DNA of 64,000 nucleotides, from positions 143,410 through 207,409 of the forward strand of contig CAVOUE010000004.1 in assembly GCA_963699545.1 (NCBI GenBank), given 5' to 3'. Below the pieces are notes generated by a model. It searched no databases. It was not told the DNA's origin and saw only the letters and a list, made by a program, of their open reading frames with translations. The stretch's first letter is position 1; every line of letters starts with the position of its first letter. This document shows positions 9,553 through 20,373 of the stretch, one piece after another. A program made the position numbers and the translations under genes. This DNA is from Nitrospirota bacterium (lineage in GTDB: Bacteria; Nitrospirota; Thermodesulfovibrionia; Thermodesulfovibrionales; UBA9159).

Positions 9553-11119
9553 TACGGCCTTTCCCCCGACGGCAGCACGATGGTGAATGTTGTCCCCTTG
9601 CCCTCCGTGCTCTCCGCCCTGATGTCGCCCCCGTGCTTTTGTATGACGTTGAAGACAATGGCGAGACCGAGCCCCGTGCCTTTGTCTCTTGTAGTATAGA
9701 ACGGCTCAAATATCTTTTCTATGGTGTCCGACGGGATTCCCGCGCCTGAGTCGGACACCCTGATTTCGACCACCTCTCCTTTTCGCTGCACCGCAACCTT
9801 CAGTTCCCCGGAGCCGGACATGGCAGCGACGGCGTTCGTGAAGAGATTGATGAAGACCCTCTCCAGCTGCTCGCGGTCAGCAGAGACTCGTATCCCTTCA
9901 GGCTCAGTTCTCCATGGTGAACGTTACCCGATAGGTGTCTGTGGCGGTACTGACAAGCTTGTACGCCCCCATGATCAGCTCGTTCAGTTCCACTTCCACG
10001 AAGACAGGGTTCCTTCCCCTGGCGAATTCCAGGAGGTCGCCCACAATGCCCTTTACCCTGATGGTCTGGCCGACAATGTCGCCCACTGTCTCCCTGATCA
10101 CGGGAGAGGGGGTCTCCCCTTGTTTCCCGGGCAAGTATCTGGGCCGAGATATAGATGTTATTGAGGGGGTTGTTCAACTCGTGGGCAACCCCTGAGGCCA
10201 GGGTCCCGATGGCTGCCAGTTTCTTGGTCTGGAGAAGTTCCTGGTTCTTCTTCTCTATCTCTGCCTCTCTCTCGGAGAGCTGCTCTTCCATTCCATTGAA
10301 TTTCCTCATCAGCATTCCCACCTCGTCACGCCCCGAGGGAACGGGCATTCTGGAGAAGTCCCCCTTTCCGGTCCTTTCCACCAGATCGATCACTTCTCTC
10401 AGACGTTTTACCACATTGTTGCTTATCACAAAGAGCGTGCCGATCCCGAGTATCAGGAAAAAGGGGAAGAAGATGAGAATGGCGACCTGCGAGATGCGGA
10501 TAACCCTTTCGACGTTCTCCCTCGCGACCTTATCGAGTTCCTTGGAAAAGACCAGGATGTCTTCGCCGTACTTTCTGAGGACGATTATGTCCGAATCCAA
10601 TGTCCTCAGCGCTGTCAGCGTCTCATGATCGGGAGCGAGGGTGAAGACTTCTTTCAGGAACTCTTCAACCTTAAGGGGCTGTTCCAGAAACGTTGATTCA
10701 AGGAGAGGAAAGACTCTGGCGTAACTCTTATGCGTTACCCTGAGATTCCGGAAATGTTCCGAGACACCCGCAGCGAGCAGCTCAATATGATTAAATCGCC
10801 ACTCATATTCGTGCAGGCTTTTCTTTAGCTGTGACAATTCGCCGGACTTATCCATGAAAAGATTTTCATTGATGATGCTGTTCAGCTCTGCGAGGTATCG
10901 GTGAAGTGCCTGTGATTCTCCCGGGGCAGGGCCGTAGAGGAAGAAATTCTTTTCATGTCTCCTGAGCTGAAGCGATTTGCTTCTTATGGTGTCAGTGACC
11001 TCCAGATACCTTATTTCGTTCCTGATCTCGATAAAATTGATGTATTCGAACACTGCAAGGGCGCCTATGACGAATGCACTGATGACAAAGCTGAGAGCTA
11101 TCTTCTTCTTAAGTGACAT
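9552..11119 (-). CDS. HAMP sensor histidine kinase; frameshifts near 10130 and 9900
   Basis: Two TM segments, HAMP and H-box GVAHELNNPL. HATPase boxes (DSGAGI, FEPFYTT, GTGLGL) lie in adjoining frames. Confidence 0.9.
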
Positions 11120-11180
11120 AGGATTCAGAGTCTCCGCACGCTATTTTATACCATTTCTCCCTGTAAAGTATAAGCAGGGC

Positions 11181-11834
11181 TTACCGGGACGCCCTGCGTG
11201 CGTACCTGATGTATCTGAAAAGGAAGTAGAGCGCCAGGAAGGTCACGGCAAGGAAAATCGCAACGTGTTCAATTCGGGAGATGTCCTTTTTAATGATCTG
11301 GAGACTGTTCCCTCCCATGTAGCCGGCACCGACCATGAGCGCGATAGTGAAGGATGCGGAGACAGCGTCTGTCAACAGGAATTTCAGTACGGACATCCTC
11401 ATCACTCCCGCCGCGAGAAGTATCTGGGCCCGTAACCCGATGAGATGCCTCCCGAAGAGCACGACAAGAACTCCTCTTTTCGTAAACTTCTTTTCCAGGA
11501 ACGAAAGCTTTTCAGGGGATATGATCTTCTGGAACCGCTTATGGGTGACGATCATGCGGCCGTATTTCCTTCCCACGAAATAGAGGAGGAGATCGGTGAG
11601 CAAGACCCCGGCATAGACGACAAGCAGGGCAGGGGCCGGTCTTACCACATCAGTGGATATCAGAAATCCGCACAGAATGAGGGTCGTATCTTCCGGAAAA
11701 GGAAACCCGATGCCTCCGAGAACAAGAAGGACAAGAAGTCCCAGATACGGGAATTGCTCGATGATGGGTGTAAGCTGAAGCATGGGAGCAGCACAGTCGC
11801 CTGCAACAGGAACCGCGACGCTTGTTGCAGGCAT
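11181..11834 (-). CDS. DedA family membrane protein (start uncertain)
   Basis: GFPFPEDTTLILCG, YFVGRKYG, FGRHLIGLR and AGVMRM motifs. Confidence 0.9.
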   Translation of the reverse strand: MPATSVAVPVAGDCAAPMLQLTPIIEQFPYLGLLVLLVLGGIGFPFPEDTTLILCGFLISTDVVRPAPALLVVYAGVLLTDLLLYFVGRKYGRMIVTHKRFQKIISPEKLSFLEKKFTKRGVLVVLFGRHLIGLRAQILLAAGVMRMSVLKFLLTDAVSASFTIALMVGAGYMGGNSLQIIKKDISRIEHVAIFLAVTFLALYFLFRYIRYARRASR

Positions 11835-11838
11835 TATT

Positions 11839-12288
11839 TCATTTTCTCACGACGAGCACAGGTATCTTGGCGTCTTTATGCAGCACGCCGTAGGTCACGC
11901 TTCCGAGTACTGCTGCCCTCATGGCCCCCCTTCCGCGGGAACCAAGGACGATGAGGTCGGCCTTTGATTTCATTGCCTCCTTGACGATTTCATCCACCGG
12001 GTGTCCCGACCTGATAACTTTCCTGAATCTGACGCCGCTCCTTCTACACAATTTTTCAGCCCTTTCCAGGTACGCCTCTGCAGCCTGTCTCAAGTAATCT
12101 TCTACCGGCTCTATGAGCCTGGTCGGTGCAGAAACGGCGGGGATTGACTGGGTCAATAAAGGACTTCTGTCGATCACGCTGAGCACGGTGATCGCGGCGC
12201 CTGCCTCGTTCGCAAGCCCGACTGCATATTTGACCGCTTTCCATGCGGTTTCAGAACCGTCTGTTGCTGCGAGTATTTTAGAAATCAT
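11839..12288 (-). CDS. Universal stress protein
   Basis: KILAATDGS...DLIVLGSRGRGAMRAAVLGSVT...IPVLVV. Confidence 0.95.
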   Translation of the reverse strand: MISKILAATDGSETAWKAVKYAVGLANEAGAAITVLSVIDRSPLLTQSIPAVSAPTRLIEPVEDYLRQAAEAYLERAEKLCRRSGVRFRKVIRSGHPVDEIVKEAMKSKADLIVLGSRGRGAMRAAVLGSVTYGVLHKDAKIPVLVVRK

Positions 12289-12368
12289 ACATCCTCCTTT
12301 TGCTGCGGCAATACTCTTCCTCCTTTAGTCACTGTATCACAAACAGAGACTCCGTCAAACTGTACCTT

Positions 12369-12881
12369 TCAGAGGGAATTCCTCTCCAGACGTTTTCCCA
12401 TGGTCCGTATGCCGCCCATGGAGCCCAGTTCCTCAAATCCGAGCTTTTTCCAAAATGAGATGGACGGATGATTATCAGCTTTGATCGAGACGACAAGTTT
12501 CTTTATGAATGAAGAACGCCAAAGGTTTGTGGTAAACGCGGTGTAAGCCTTACCCCCGTATCCATGACGCCTGTCTCGGCTGTCGGATACGATGAGGGTG
12601 ATCTCAGCAGATTCCTCGCCTAGATTATAGAGTCCGATGAAGCCTATGCACTTTGATTCAACTTCTATGCAGAACAGGATCGTATACGTTCTTTTCAGCC
12701 ACCACCAGACCGAAAGACACCCTCCTGACAGCAGCTTTCCCGGTCCGGCAGTCCTCAAGACATCTTCACTGCATAACCACTCCCGGATGAGAGGAGCGTC
12801 AATGATCTTCAGAGGCCTCAGTCTGACGCCGTCATGCTCAATGCGTCTCGGGATCCTGAAAGAGAGAAGTGGCGGTCTCAC
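12369..12881 (-). CDS. GNAT family (RimJ/RimL-like) N-acetyltransferase
   Basis: VRLRPL, IGFIGL, RRHGYG and NHPSISFWKKLGF motifs. Confidence 0.8.
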   Translation of the reverse strand: MRPPLLSFRIPRRIEHDGVRLRPLKIIDAPLIREWLCSEDVLRTAGPGKLLSGGCLSVWWWLKRTYTILFCIEVESKCIGFIGLYNLGEESAEITLIVSDSRDRRHGYGGKAYTAFTTNLWRSSFIKKLVVSIKADNHPSISFWKKLGFEELGSMGGIRTMGKRLERNSL

Positions 12882-12887
12882 CCCGAA

Positions 12888-13742
12888 CTACGACCTTACC
12901 ACCAACACCGGACAGGGTGCATGACCGATGACCTTTTCAGCGACACTTCCCATGAGGAGTCTCTTCAGCCCGGTCCTGCCGTGAGAGCTCATGACAATGA
13001 TATTCACACCCTCTTTTTTCGCAAGGTCAGTAATGATCTGGTACGCGTCGCCTTCTCCCACAAAGCTCTCCGCCTTTATTCCCTCCGTTTCTGCCTGGAG
13101 CCTGATATCCCTAACATACCCCTTTGCCTTGCTGATCATCTCGTCCACGGCATTGGGGGCCTCCGCGTAAAACTCGGAAGGGACATCAACTACTGACACC
13201 ACCCTCAGTTCACCTCCATAAGACCTCGCAAAGTCAATGGCCCTCTCTGCCGCAATCCTGCTGTACCGGGAACCGTCAGTGGCGATGAGGATCTTTTCCC
13301 ATCCGACACGTGAACCATTGGGAACGACGAGGACATCTCTCTGACTGTGGCCGATGACCCTTGCCGTGACGCTGCCCATCAGAGATTTTTCGAGATGACG
13401 CGTCCCTTTTCTTCCCATGATGACCAGGTCGCAGTTCTCAGCATCCGCGAGGTCAACAATCCTCTCGTAGGGCTCGCCTTCTTCTTCGATGGATTTTATC
13501 AAAGCCCTCTCGGTATTCGCGATTTCCTTCGCGACCCCAAGGGCCTTTTCAAAGGGTTGTCTCAGGGCTGTCCGTATATCCGGCACGCCCACAAGTTCCA
13601 GGTCCCCCTCGAAGGAGGGTATCACCGAGACGACAGTGATCCAGCTTTTCTCGTTGGAAGCAAGCTTAAAGGACTCCCGGAGAGCGTGGAGGCTGGATTC
13701 TGAGCCGTCCACGCCAACGAGTAGCTTCCGGTATCTTCCCAT
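12888..13742 (-). CDS. Tandem-domain universal stress protein
   Basis: Two USP domains, each with DGS and (G/S)xxG...LMGSV motifs. Confidence 0.95.
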   Translation of the reverse strand: MGRYRKLLVGVDGSESSLHALRESFKLASNEKSWITVVSVIPSFEGDLELVGVPDIRTALRQPFEKALGVAKEIANTERALIKSIEEEGEPYERIVDLADAENCDLVIMGRKGTRHLEKSLMGSVTARVIGHSQRDVLVVPNGSRVGWEKILIATDGSRYSRIAAERAIDFARSYGGELRVVSVVDVPSEFYAEAPNAVDEMISKAKGYVRDIRLQAETEGIKAESFVGEGDAYQIITDLAKKEGVNIIVMSSHGRTGLKRLLMGSVAEKVIGHAPCPVLVVRS

Positions 13743-13745
13743 GCC

Positions 13746-14834
13746 TTATATCTTACCATGCTCCAGAACTTCCTGTGCCGCCTGACGCTCCGCCCTGCGT
13801 CCCTGCCACATGGCCTTCAGGATTATAAAGGCTCCGGAAAGGAGGGCAAATGCCATTATAGCAAAGCTTGTGCTCTTCAATATTTTCACCGCAGACTCAC
13901 TTAGTGTCCCTATGATCCCCAGTTGTGACATATAAACCGGTACCATCAATCCGCGGCTGAAAAGAACAATAACCATTATTACGCCCATGACCATTTTAAT
14001 CATGACGGGCTTTACGTAAGTGGTTCCCATGGCGCCCAACTGGATGCCGAAGAGAGAGCCTGCCAGGATGATCATGGCGAGTCTGATGTCGACCAAACCA
14101 TGCATAGCATATTTGAATGATCCCCCGAGGCCCATAACAAACGCTATCACCAGTTCCGATGCAGAGGCCATCAAACTTGGCGCGCCAAGGACATAAATCA
14201 TGGCGGGGACGCCGATGAAACCTCCCACCGCAATGGTCGCTGCCAGCATGCCTGTTGCGAAACCGAGAGGTATAGTAAAGAGCACGGAAATCTTCGCATT
14301 CAAGCACTTGAAATAAACCATAGTGCCGGGAATATTTATGGACTGCACCCAGTGCGCCAGTTTGGTAACCGTTTCTTCCTCATGCGAGGTTCCTGACCTG
14401 TTGGTCTTCCATGCATCCCGAAGCACAAAGCCGCCCACAACCGCCAGTATCACGACGAAAGCCGCGCTCACGTAAAGGTTTGAGCCTGCTTCTCCAAATG
14501 CCTTCTTGATGCTCTCCTGGATATGGGCGCCATAGAGAACGCCTGCCTCAGCAGAAATGCCGAGGACTATGCCCATCTTGACGTCAACCTGTCCGTATTT
14601 TGCGCGCTTGAGAGCACCGATAAGCGCTTTCGGGAACTTATGGCACATATTACTTGCCACGGCTACAAGTCCGGGCACGCCCATGCTCATCATCGCAGGC
14701 GTGAGAACAAAAGCGCCACCTGAGCCGATAAATCCACTCACAAGACCCCCGACGAATCCTACGAAGAAAAGGTAGATGATATGTGCGGTATCGAGATTGA
14801 TGAAATTGGATGCCTGATTTACTATGTCGTGCAC
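13746..14834 (-). CDS. TauE/SafE family exporter, paralog 2
   Basis: GLVSGFIGSGGAFVLTP and GMLAATIAVGGFIGVP repeats; multi-pass hydrophobic. Confidence 0.9.
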   Translation of the reverse strand: MHDIVNQASNFINLDTAHIIYLFFVGFVGGLVSGFIGSGGAFVLTPAMMSMGVPGLVAVASNMCHKFPKALIGALKRAKYGQVDVKMGIVLGISAEAGVLYGAHIQESIKKAFGEAGSNLYVSAAFVVILAVVGGFVLRDAWKTNRSGTSHEEETVTKLAHWVQSINIPGTMVYFKCLNAKISVLFTIPLGFATGMLAATIAVGGFIGVPAMIYVLGAPSLMASASELVIAFVMGLGGSFKYAMHGLVDIRLAMIILAGSLFGIQLGAMGTTYVKPVMIKMVMGVIMVIVLFSRGLMVPVYMSQLGIIGTLSESAVKILKSTSFAIMAFALLSGAFIILKAMWQGRRAERQAAQEVLEHGKI

Positions 14835-14835
14835 G

Positions 14836-15081
14836 TTATTTTACCTCCTTTCTCTTTTTTGAGGCCTCGATACCCAAAACTGTCCAGAAATTGCCTGTAA
14901 ATGAGCCATGAAAGAAAGAGAAGATGAACGCCGTCAGGACCGGCAATATGGCATATAATCCGCCCCTGCCGACATATTCATTCACAAGATCTTGCTTCAC
15001 TAACAGGATTGTGTACAGCGCTAATGAAATAACCCCCATAAGTATCAACTTGCCTATGGGCTTTTTCTTTGTTCTTCCCAT
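14836..15081 (-). CDS. Small two-TM membrane protein adjacent to TauE
   Basis: 81 aa, AGGAGG RBS, two hydrophobic helices, FFHGSFTGNFW; ends 1 bp before the TauE start. Confidence 0.8.
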   Translation of the reverse strand: MGRTKKKPIGKLILMGVISLALYTILLVKQDLVNEYVGRGGLYAILPVLTAFIFSFFHGSFTGNFWTVLGIEASKKRKEVK

Positions 15082-15130
15082 GTCTGCCTCCTTTTAGTTA
15101 TGGCACTGAAAGTGCCCGATTTATTTTTTC

Positions 15131-15600
15131 TCAGACACTGTCAGCCACAACTACCAGCGGGCACTGGAGATTCCGCCATGCATCGGAAAGCCCTGTGCCT
15201 TTCCCCTTGCAGTCAACCTCCAGGTTCTCTGTCGACTCGATGACCGCAAAGAGGATCTCTTTTTCAACGCGGTGTAGTCGATGATCGCCTGTTTCAGACA
15301 CCCGCTTCTCTGAACCAGCCGGTGGCTGATCCCTTCTTTCCCTAATTCTGAGATGCATTCATCAAACGCCGTGTCCGGAGCATCGGTGGATGAGACATAC
15401 AGAATATCCAGACCCGCTCCGATCCTTTTACAGGTATTCATGGCGTATCTGAATGTTCTTCTGTCCACCTGCCCTTTCATGAGCGCGAGCAGGACCCTTC
15501 TCTCGTCCTTCAGGAATTCCCTGGCTGTTTCAAACTCCCCTTCCTCTGCAAAGGAAACCGCAGACATCAGGTCTTCTATCTTCTTCTTCATGCTCCTCAT
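15131..15600 (-). CDS. USP-like protein with N-terminal SAVSFAEEGE motif; frameshift near 15265
   Basis: ORFs 15151..15600 and 15131..15358 join; RVLLAL...YAMNTCKRIGAGLDILYV...CPLVVV. Confidence 0.7.
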
Positions 15601-15608
15601 GGTAGCGG

Positions 15609-15782
15609 TTACCTTTTCGCTCCGGGTGCCGAAATCCGTGCCGTTTTCCGTGCAACCTGGGTATCACGCTTCCGATCCCTTGCCTCCTCCCGCATGATTT
15701 CCCTGGCTGTTTCAAACTCGCCAGCCTCCGCAAAGGTGATTGCTGTGAAGATCTGTTCAAATTTCTTTGTGAATCCTTTCAT
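15609..15782 (-). CDS. 57-aa small protein with TAITFAEAGE motif
   Basis: ATG at 15782 with AGGAGG RBS; MKGFTKKFEQIFTAITFAEAGEFETAREIM. Confidence 0.75.
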   Translation of the reverse strand: MKGFTKKFEQIFTAITFAEAGEFETAREIMREEARDRKRDTQVARKTARISAPGAKR

Positions 15783-15819
15783 TATCTTGTTCCTCCTTTT
15801 ACTGATTACCTTTCTTATT

Positions 15820-15834
15820 ACATGTTTCGTGCCA
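15820..15834 (-). promoter_or_regulatory. sigma54-like promoter with variant -12
   Basis: Minus strand TGGCACGAAACATGT: perfect -24 element, GT instead of GC at -12. Confidence 0.55.
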
Positions 15835-16127
15835 AGCGCGTTCACAGACCTAACCAGCTGAAATTAAGTGGATATTATCTTCTGTCAGACGTGAGCAGAA
15901 AATCTTGGAAGATGCAAAGTGCAACAGGAATAAGATCGCGGTGAGAGGATGGCGCCATAAATCGGCCTGCGGGCTACCGGCAGGACCAAAAAATATACTG
16001 TTGATATTTGCAATGGCAGCAGACTATATGAAACGCCACGGGAGAGAGAGACCAAATCTTGTTCAAGACGGAGAACATGATACAATTGGGTAGTAAACTC
16101 CAGGAACAGGAAAGGGCAGGTTCCTTT

Positions 16128-16574
16128 ATGCCGCATGCCGGATTAATGGATGAGAGTGCCATGGGACCAGAGGAAGGACCGTTACAGCGGGCGAGACTTC
16201 ACATTCGGGGTGGCAGGAGAAGGTTGCGACAGGGGAAGCTGCCCGCCGGAATTGTCACCCTTTACGATGCAGTTTGTTCGGCCCTCGAATGGTATTTTGC
16301 ATCCCCCGGGCGAAGGGAGGGGCTGATTATCAATGAAGATGATGACCTCCGGGATGATAAAACCCTTTATGAGATATTAACTCGCTCCGGGGTGCTCGAC
16401 GGTCGTTTTGATTACAAAGCGTTTAACAAGCTGATAGAAAGGGTGTTGTATACCGACTCTGTGGATTTTGATCACCAGGAGATGTTGCATGAAGTTGAAT
16501 CCTTCATGACCCGGCTTGGCGTCATGCCCTTTGATGAAGGAGAGCTTCCCCCGGAGGACCCCTCAACGTTCTAA
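16128..16574 (+). CDS. Hypothetical protein (start uncertain)
   Basis: Protein-like ORF MPHAGLMDE...LPPEDPSTF filling the gap, convergent with lon. Confidence 0.7.
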   Translation: MPHAGLMDESAMGPEEGPLQRARLHIRGGRRRLRQGKLPAGIVTLYDAVCSALEWYFASPGRREGLIINEDDDLRDDKTLYEILTRSGVLDGRFDYKAFNKLIERVLYTDSVDFDHQEMLHEVESFMTRLGVMPFDEGELPPEDPSTF

Positions 16575-16604
16575 GGAATCCAGGAGTTTCTCCGGCATAT
16601 ACAA

Positions 16605-18605
16605 TCAGTTATTGCCCAGGACCAGTGCAACAGCTTCCTCAATCCTGTCCACCAGGTGGATTGAGATATCTCTTCTGACATCTTCGCCGAGGCTGTCGAT
16701 ATCGGCCTTGTTCCTCAACGGGAATACCACGGTTCCTACTCCTGCGCGCCGCGCCGCCAGTATCTTTTCCTTAACCCCTCCAACGGGGAGTATACTTCCG
16801 CTCAGCGTCAATTCACCGGAAATTGCTACGTCCCTTCTTGCCTGTTTTCCCATGAGAAGGGAGAGGAGTGCTATGGCGATGGTGGCTCCTGCGGAGGGAC
16901 CGTCCTTCGGGGTCGCTCCGGCAGGGACATGAATATGGATATCGTGGGTATCAAAGAAATCATCCCTGATATGGAAAAAGGAGGCATTGCTCCGTATATA
17001 GCTCAGCGCTGCCTGGGCCGACTCCCGCATAACGTTCCCCAGAGAGCCGGTCAGGATGAGTTCCTTATTCCCCTTCATTTTCGCCGCTTCCACAAAGATA
17101 ATATCTCCCCCTACGTCGGTCCGCACGAGACCTGTGGCAACCCCGATCCTGCCGGTTTCATCAGCAACTTCAAAGAAATATTTTCTCGGACCGAGGAATT
17201 TCTCCACTTCCTCAGAGGTGACCGTGATATTCTCTGCGGCTTTGTGGTGGACGAATTGAGAGGCGATCTTGCGGCAGACCGTGGCGATCTGTCTCTCAAG
17301 GTCTCTGATGCCTGCCTCCCGGGTATGTTCCTGGACGATTTTCAGAAGGGCGTCGGCGGTGAACTCGGGCGGATAATCCGCCAAACCCTGCTCCCGTATC
17401 TGCCTTGGCACAAGATACCCCAGAGCGATCTTTACCTTTTCATCCTCGGCATAGCCGGTGAACTCCATGATTTCCATGCGGTCTCTGAGAGGGTCTTGAA
17501 TAACGTCAGGGATATTCGCAGTTACGATGAACAGAACGTTTGAGAGATCGAAGGGAACGTCGAGGTAATGGTCAATGAAGCTGTGGTTCTGTTCCGGGTC
17601 AAGCACCTCCAGAAGGGCAGAGGCAGAATCACCCTTGAACTCCTGCCCGATCTTGTCCACCTCATCCAGCATGATGAGCGGATTGATGACCTGAGAGCGG
17701 CGTATCTCCTCAATGATGCGTCCCGGCATCGCCCCGGCATAAGTCCTCCGGTGACCCCGTATCTCAGCTTCGTCCTTTATTCCGCCCAGGGAAATACGGG
17801 TGAATTTTCTTCCCAGGGCATCGGCCACGGCCCTCCCCAGAGAGGTCTTCCCTGTCCCAGGGGGTCCCGCAAAGCACAGGACAGAACCCCGTGAGGATAT
17901 GGTGGATGTTCGTTTGCTCACGGCCTCCCTGACCGTCCCTCTCACCTCGTCCAGTTTAAAGGGCTTCGTGATGTAGTGGAATGCCCCTTTCTTCATAGCC
18001 TCGACAGCCGAATCCACCGTTGCATACGCGGTTATCATGATGACCTTGGAATCAGGGTATCGAACCCTCGCTTTTTCGAGAAGTTCGACCCCGTTCACCT
18101 TCTCCATTTTCAGGTCGGTCATGATAACATCGAAATCCGAGGTGCGCATTCTTTCCAGGGCTTCCATGCCATTGGCCGCAGTGACAACAACGTAGTCCTC
18201 TTTCTTCAGTATGTGTTCCAGATTCTTTCTTGCAATCTCCTCGTCATCAACCACCAGGATCCTGGGTTTCTTGTTCGCTATCAATATCTTCACTGCGAGA
18301 TGATCCAGAATTCGTTCCTTGATCCGGTCCAGACCGTAATGCCGCTCATTCAGGATCCTCTCCGCCCTGCCGATGTCCAGATTGTCTTCCGTCTTCTTGT
18401 TCCAGGGAATGCTCAGGAGATATTCGAGATAGGTGAGCCCAATGGCATACTCCGCCGCAGATGGACTTATCTTCGACAGAGTCTCAAGTTCCCTGTGGGC
18501 GATCTGGAGGACACGGTCGGGCATTGCCGACGAGGTGAACATGTCCCTCAGCCCGTCGATGGTTGATGCCGGGAGTTGTTCCCCTGTCTTTTTAAAGAAA
18601 CTCAT
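16605..18605 (-). CDS. lon: Lon protease lacking the N-terminal domain and carrying an inserted receiver (REC) domain
   Basis: HYGLDRIKERIL, then REC (aa ~114-230), Walker A GPPGTGKT, RRTYAGAMPG, Walker B LDEVDK, catalytic PKDGPSAG and GGVKEK. Confidence 0.95.
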   Translation of the reverse strand: MSFFKKTGEQLPASTIDGLRDMFTSSAMPDRVLQIAHRELETLSKISPSAAEYAIGLTYLEYLLSIPWNKKTEDNLDIGRAERILNERHYGLDRIKERILDHLAVKILIANKKPRILVVDDEEIARKNLEHILKKEDYVVVTAANGMEALERMRTSDFDVIMTDLKMEKVNGVELLEKARVRYPDSKVIMITAYATVDSAVEAMKKGAFHYITKPFKLDEVRGTVREAVSKRTSTISSRGSVLCFAGPPGTGKTSLGRAVADALGRKFTRISLGGIKDEAEIRGHRRTYAGAMPGRIIEEIRRSQVINPLIMLDEVDKIGQEFKGDSASALLEVLDPEQNHSFIDHYLDVPFDLSNVLFIVTANIPDVIQDPLRDRMEIMEFTGYAEDEKVKIALGYLVPRQIREQGLADYPPEFTADALLKIVQEHTREAGIRDLERQIATVCRKIASQFVHHKAAENITVTSEEVEKFLGPRKYFFEVADETGRIGVATGLVRTDVGGDIIFVEAAKMKGNKELILTGSLGNVMRESAQAALSYIRSNASFFHIRDDFFDTHDIHIHVPAGATPKDGPSAGATIAIALLSLLMGKQARRDVAISGELTLSGSILPVGGVKEKILAARRAGVGTVVFPLRNKADIDSLGEDVRRDISIHLVDRIEEAVALVLGNN

Positions 18606-18781
18606 CCTTCACCGGATTTCATCGTTATTCCGCTGCATGCCTTCTATAAGAATAGCATTGTTTCTCCGTGTATTCCAGCGACGAGGTTCTTTGTCTTGTG
18701 CGTGAGACAATTGTCCCCTGCATTGTTGCATGAGTTTTACCTGATGTTGCTTATTGCAATATCACCTGTTAGAATAAAAAT

Positions 18782-20305
18782 ATGCTCAGATATCAGTCGA
18801 GTATCCGGCAAAAGATAACTCTCGTATACTACGGCACGGTTGCCGTTGTTGTTGGTCTCTCTCTTTTTGCCTTCCTTGAACTCAGGTTCCTGGAAAAAAA
18901 GATAATGTTCGGAGAGGTGATTTCGGAATTCTTTGATACGACATTGGAGGTCAGAAGATTTGAGAAGAACTTTTTTCTCTACGCGAAGCAGGACGACTAC
19001 CGGGAAAATGCCCGCTATGTGGAAAAGGCCCAGGAACTGCTCGATAAGAATCTGAAGGGTCTGAGCACCATTACCGAGCTTGGGCAGATCATCTCTCTGA
19101 GAAGCGACCTCAGACGCTATCAGGATCTCATGAGAGAATACGCGTCCGCCGTTCCTGAGGTGGTGAGACCAGCACGGGGCGGCGGTCCTGAACAGCACGG
19201 AATGGAGAGAACGATCCTGGAGGGAAAAATAAGGGAAACGGGCAAGAACATTATAGCGGTCTCAGAAGAGATATCGAAGACCGAGCGGAAAAATCTTCAA
19301 TCCATACTCTACAAGTCCCAGAGAATGCTCATTCTCTCCATTTTCTCCCTTTCACTTCTGGCCCTTCTCATCGGCCAGGTGTTATCGAGGATGGTTGTGC
19401 GGCCCCTCAAATCCCTGGAAGAGAGCATGAGTCGGATTGCCGAGGGAAGGTTTGAGAAGGTATCCATACATTCCCATGACAGGGAGATCGTATCCCTCGC
19501 CACCGCCTTTAATAAGATGCTCAAGGAACTGGAGTTGAGGCAGAAACATCTTGTCCAGTCAGAGAAACTGGCATCCCTTGGAACGCTCCTCTCCGGGGTG
19601 GCCCATGAATTGAACAACCCCCTGTCGAACATCTCCTCGTCATGCCAGATACTTATGGAAGAGATCGGAGAGGCTGACGGGGAATATAAGAAGGAATTGC
19701 TCTCACAGATCGATGAGCAGACGGACAGGGCCCGGAACATCGTCCGTTCCCTGCTTGAGTTCTCGCGGGAAAAGGAATTCAGGAAAGAGACGCTGCCGCT
19801 CAAGAGTCTTTTCGAAGAGACCCTCCGGTTTGTGAAAGGTCAGGTGCCGACGAAGATTTCGGTCACCCTCGATATTCCCGAGGATATCGCCATACGTGCG
19901 GACAAACAGAGAATTCAGCAAGCATTTCTCAATCTCGTGAAGAATGCCATAGAGGCGGTTGCTGACGAAGGAGAAGTGGTCATCAGGGCGAAGAAACACA
20001 GGGCCATGGATAAGACCGGGGAAACAGCTGAGCTCTACAGCACCATGAAATATCGCGGCAAGTGCACCATCGAAGGAGATACCGTTGATATCGAAATAAG
20101 GGACACCGGTGCCGGGATAGCCCCGGAGATCCTTCACAGGGTCTTTGATCCGTTCTTCAGCACGAAGGATGTGGGGAAGGGATCCGGTCTTGGGCTCTTC
20201 ATCGTCCACGAGATCATAGAAGAGCATGATGGTTGTATCGCCGTGGAGAGCGAAAGGGGAAAGGGAACGGTCTTTTTTATAAGTCTTCCGACCAGGGTCG
20301 AATGA
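18782..20305 (+). CDS. HAMP sensor histidine kinase
   Basis: Two TM segments, HAMP, GVAHELNNPL, NLVKNA, DTGAGI, GSGLGL. Confidence 0.95.
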   Translation: MLRYQSSIRQKITLVYYGTVAVVVGLSLFAFLELRFLEKKIMFGEVISEFFDTTLEVRRFEKNFFLYAKQDDYRENARYVEKAQELLDKNLKGLSTITELGQIISLRSDLRRYQDLMREYASAVPEVVRPARGGGPEQHGMERTILEGKIRETGKNIIAVSEEISKTERKNLQSILYKSQRMLILSIFSLSLLALLIGQVLSRMVVRPLKSLEESMSRIAEGRFEKVSIHSHDREIVSLATAFNKMLKELELRQKHLVQSEKLASLGTLLSGVAHELNNPLSNISSSCQILMEEIGEADGEYKKELLSQIDEQTDRARNIVRSLLEFSREKEFRKETLPLKSLFEETLRFVKGQVPTKISVTLDIPEDIAIRADKQRIQQAFLNLVKNAIEAVADEGEVVIRAKKHRAMDKTGETAELYSTMKYRGKCTIEGDTVDIEIRDTGAGIAPEILHRVFDPFFSTKDVGKGSGLGLFIVHEIIEEHDGCIAVESERGKGTVFFISLPTRVE

Positions 20306-20373
20306 GCAGGGCGGCCATAAGGTATCGTGGGATGGATGTGCGAATGTACCTCAGAAGACATCGGAAATAAGGA

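Noticed and set aside
18606-18781. sigma54 promoter between lon and the kinase
   Set aside because: No correctly spaced TGGC-N-GC element found on either strand.
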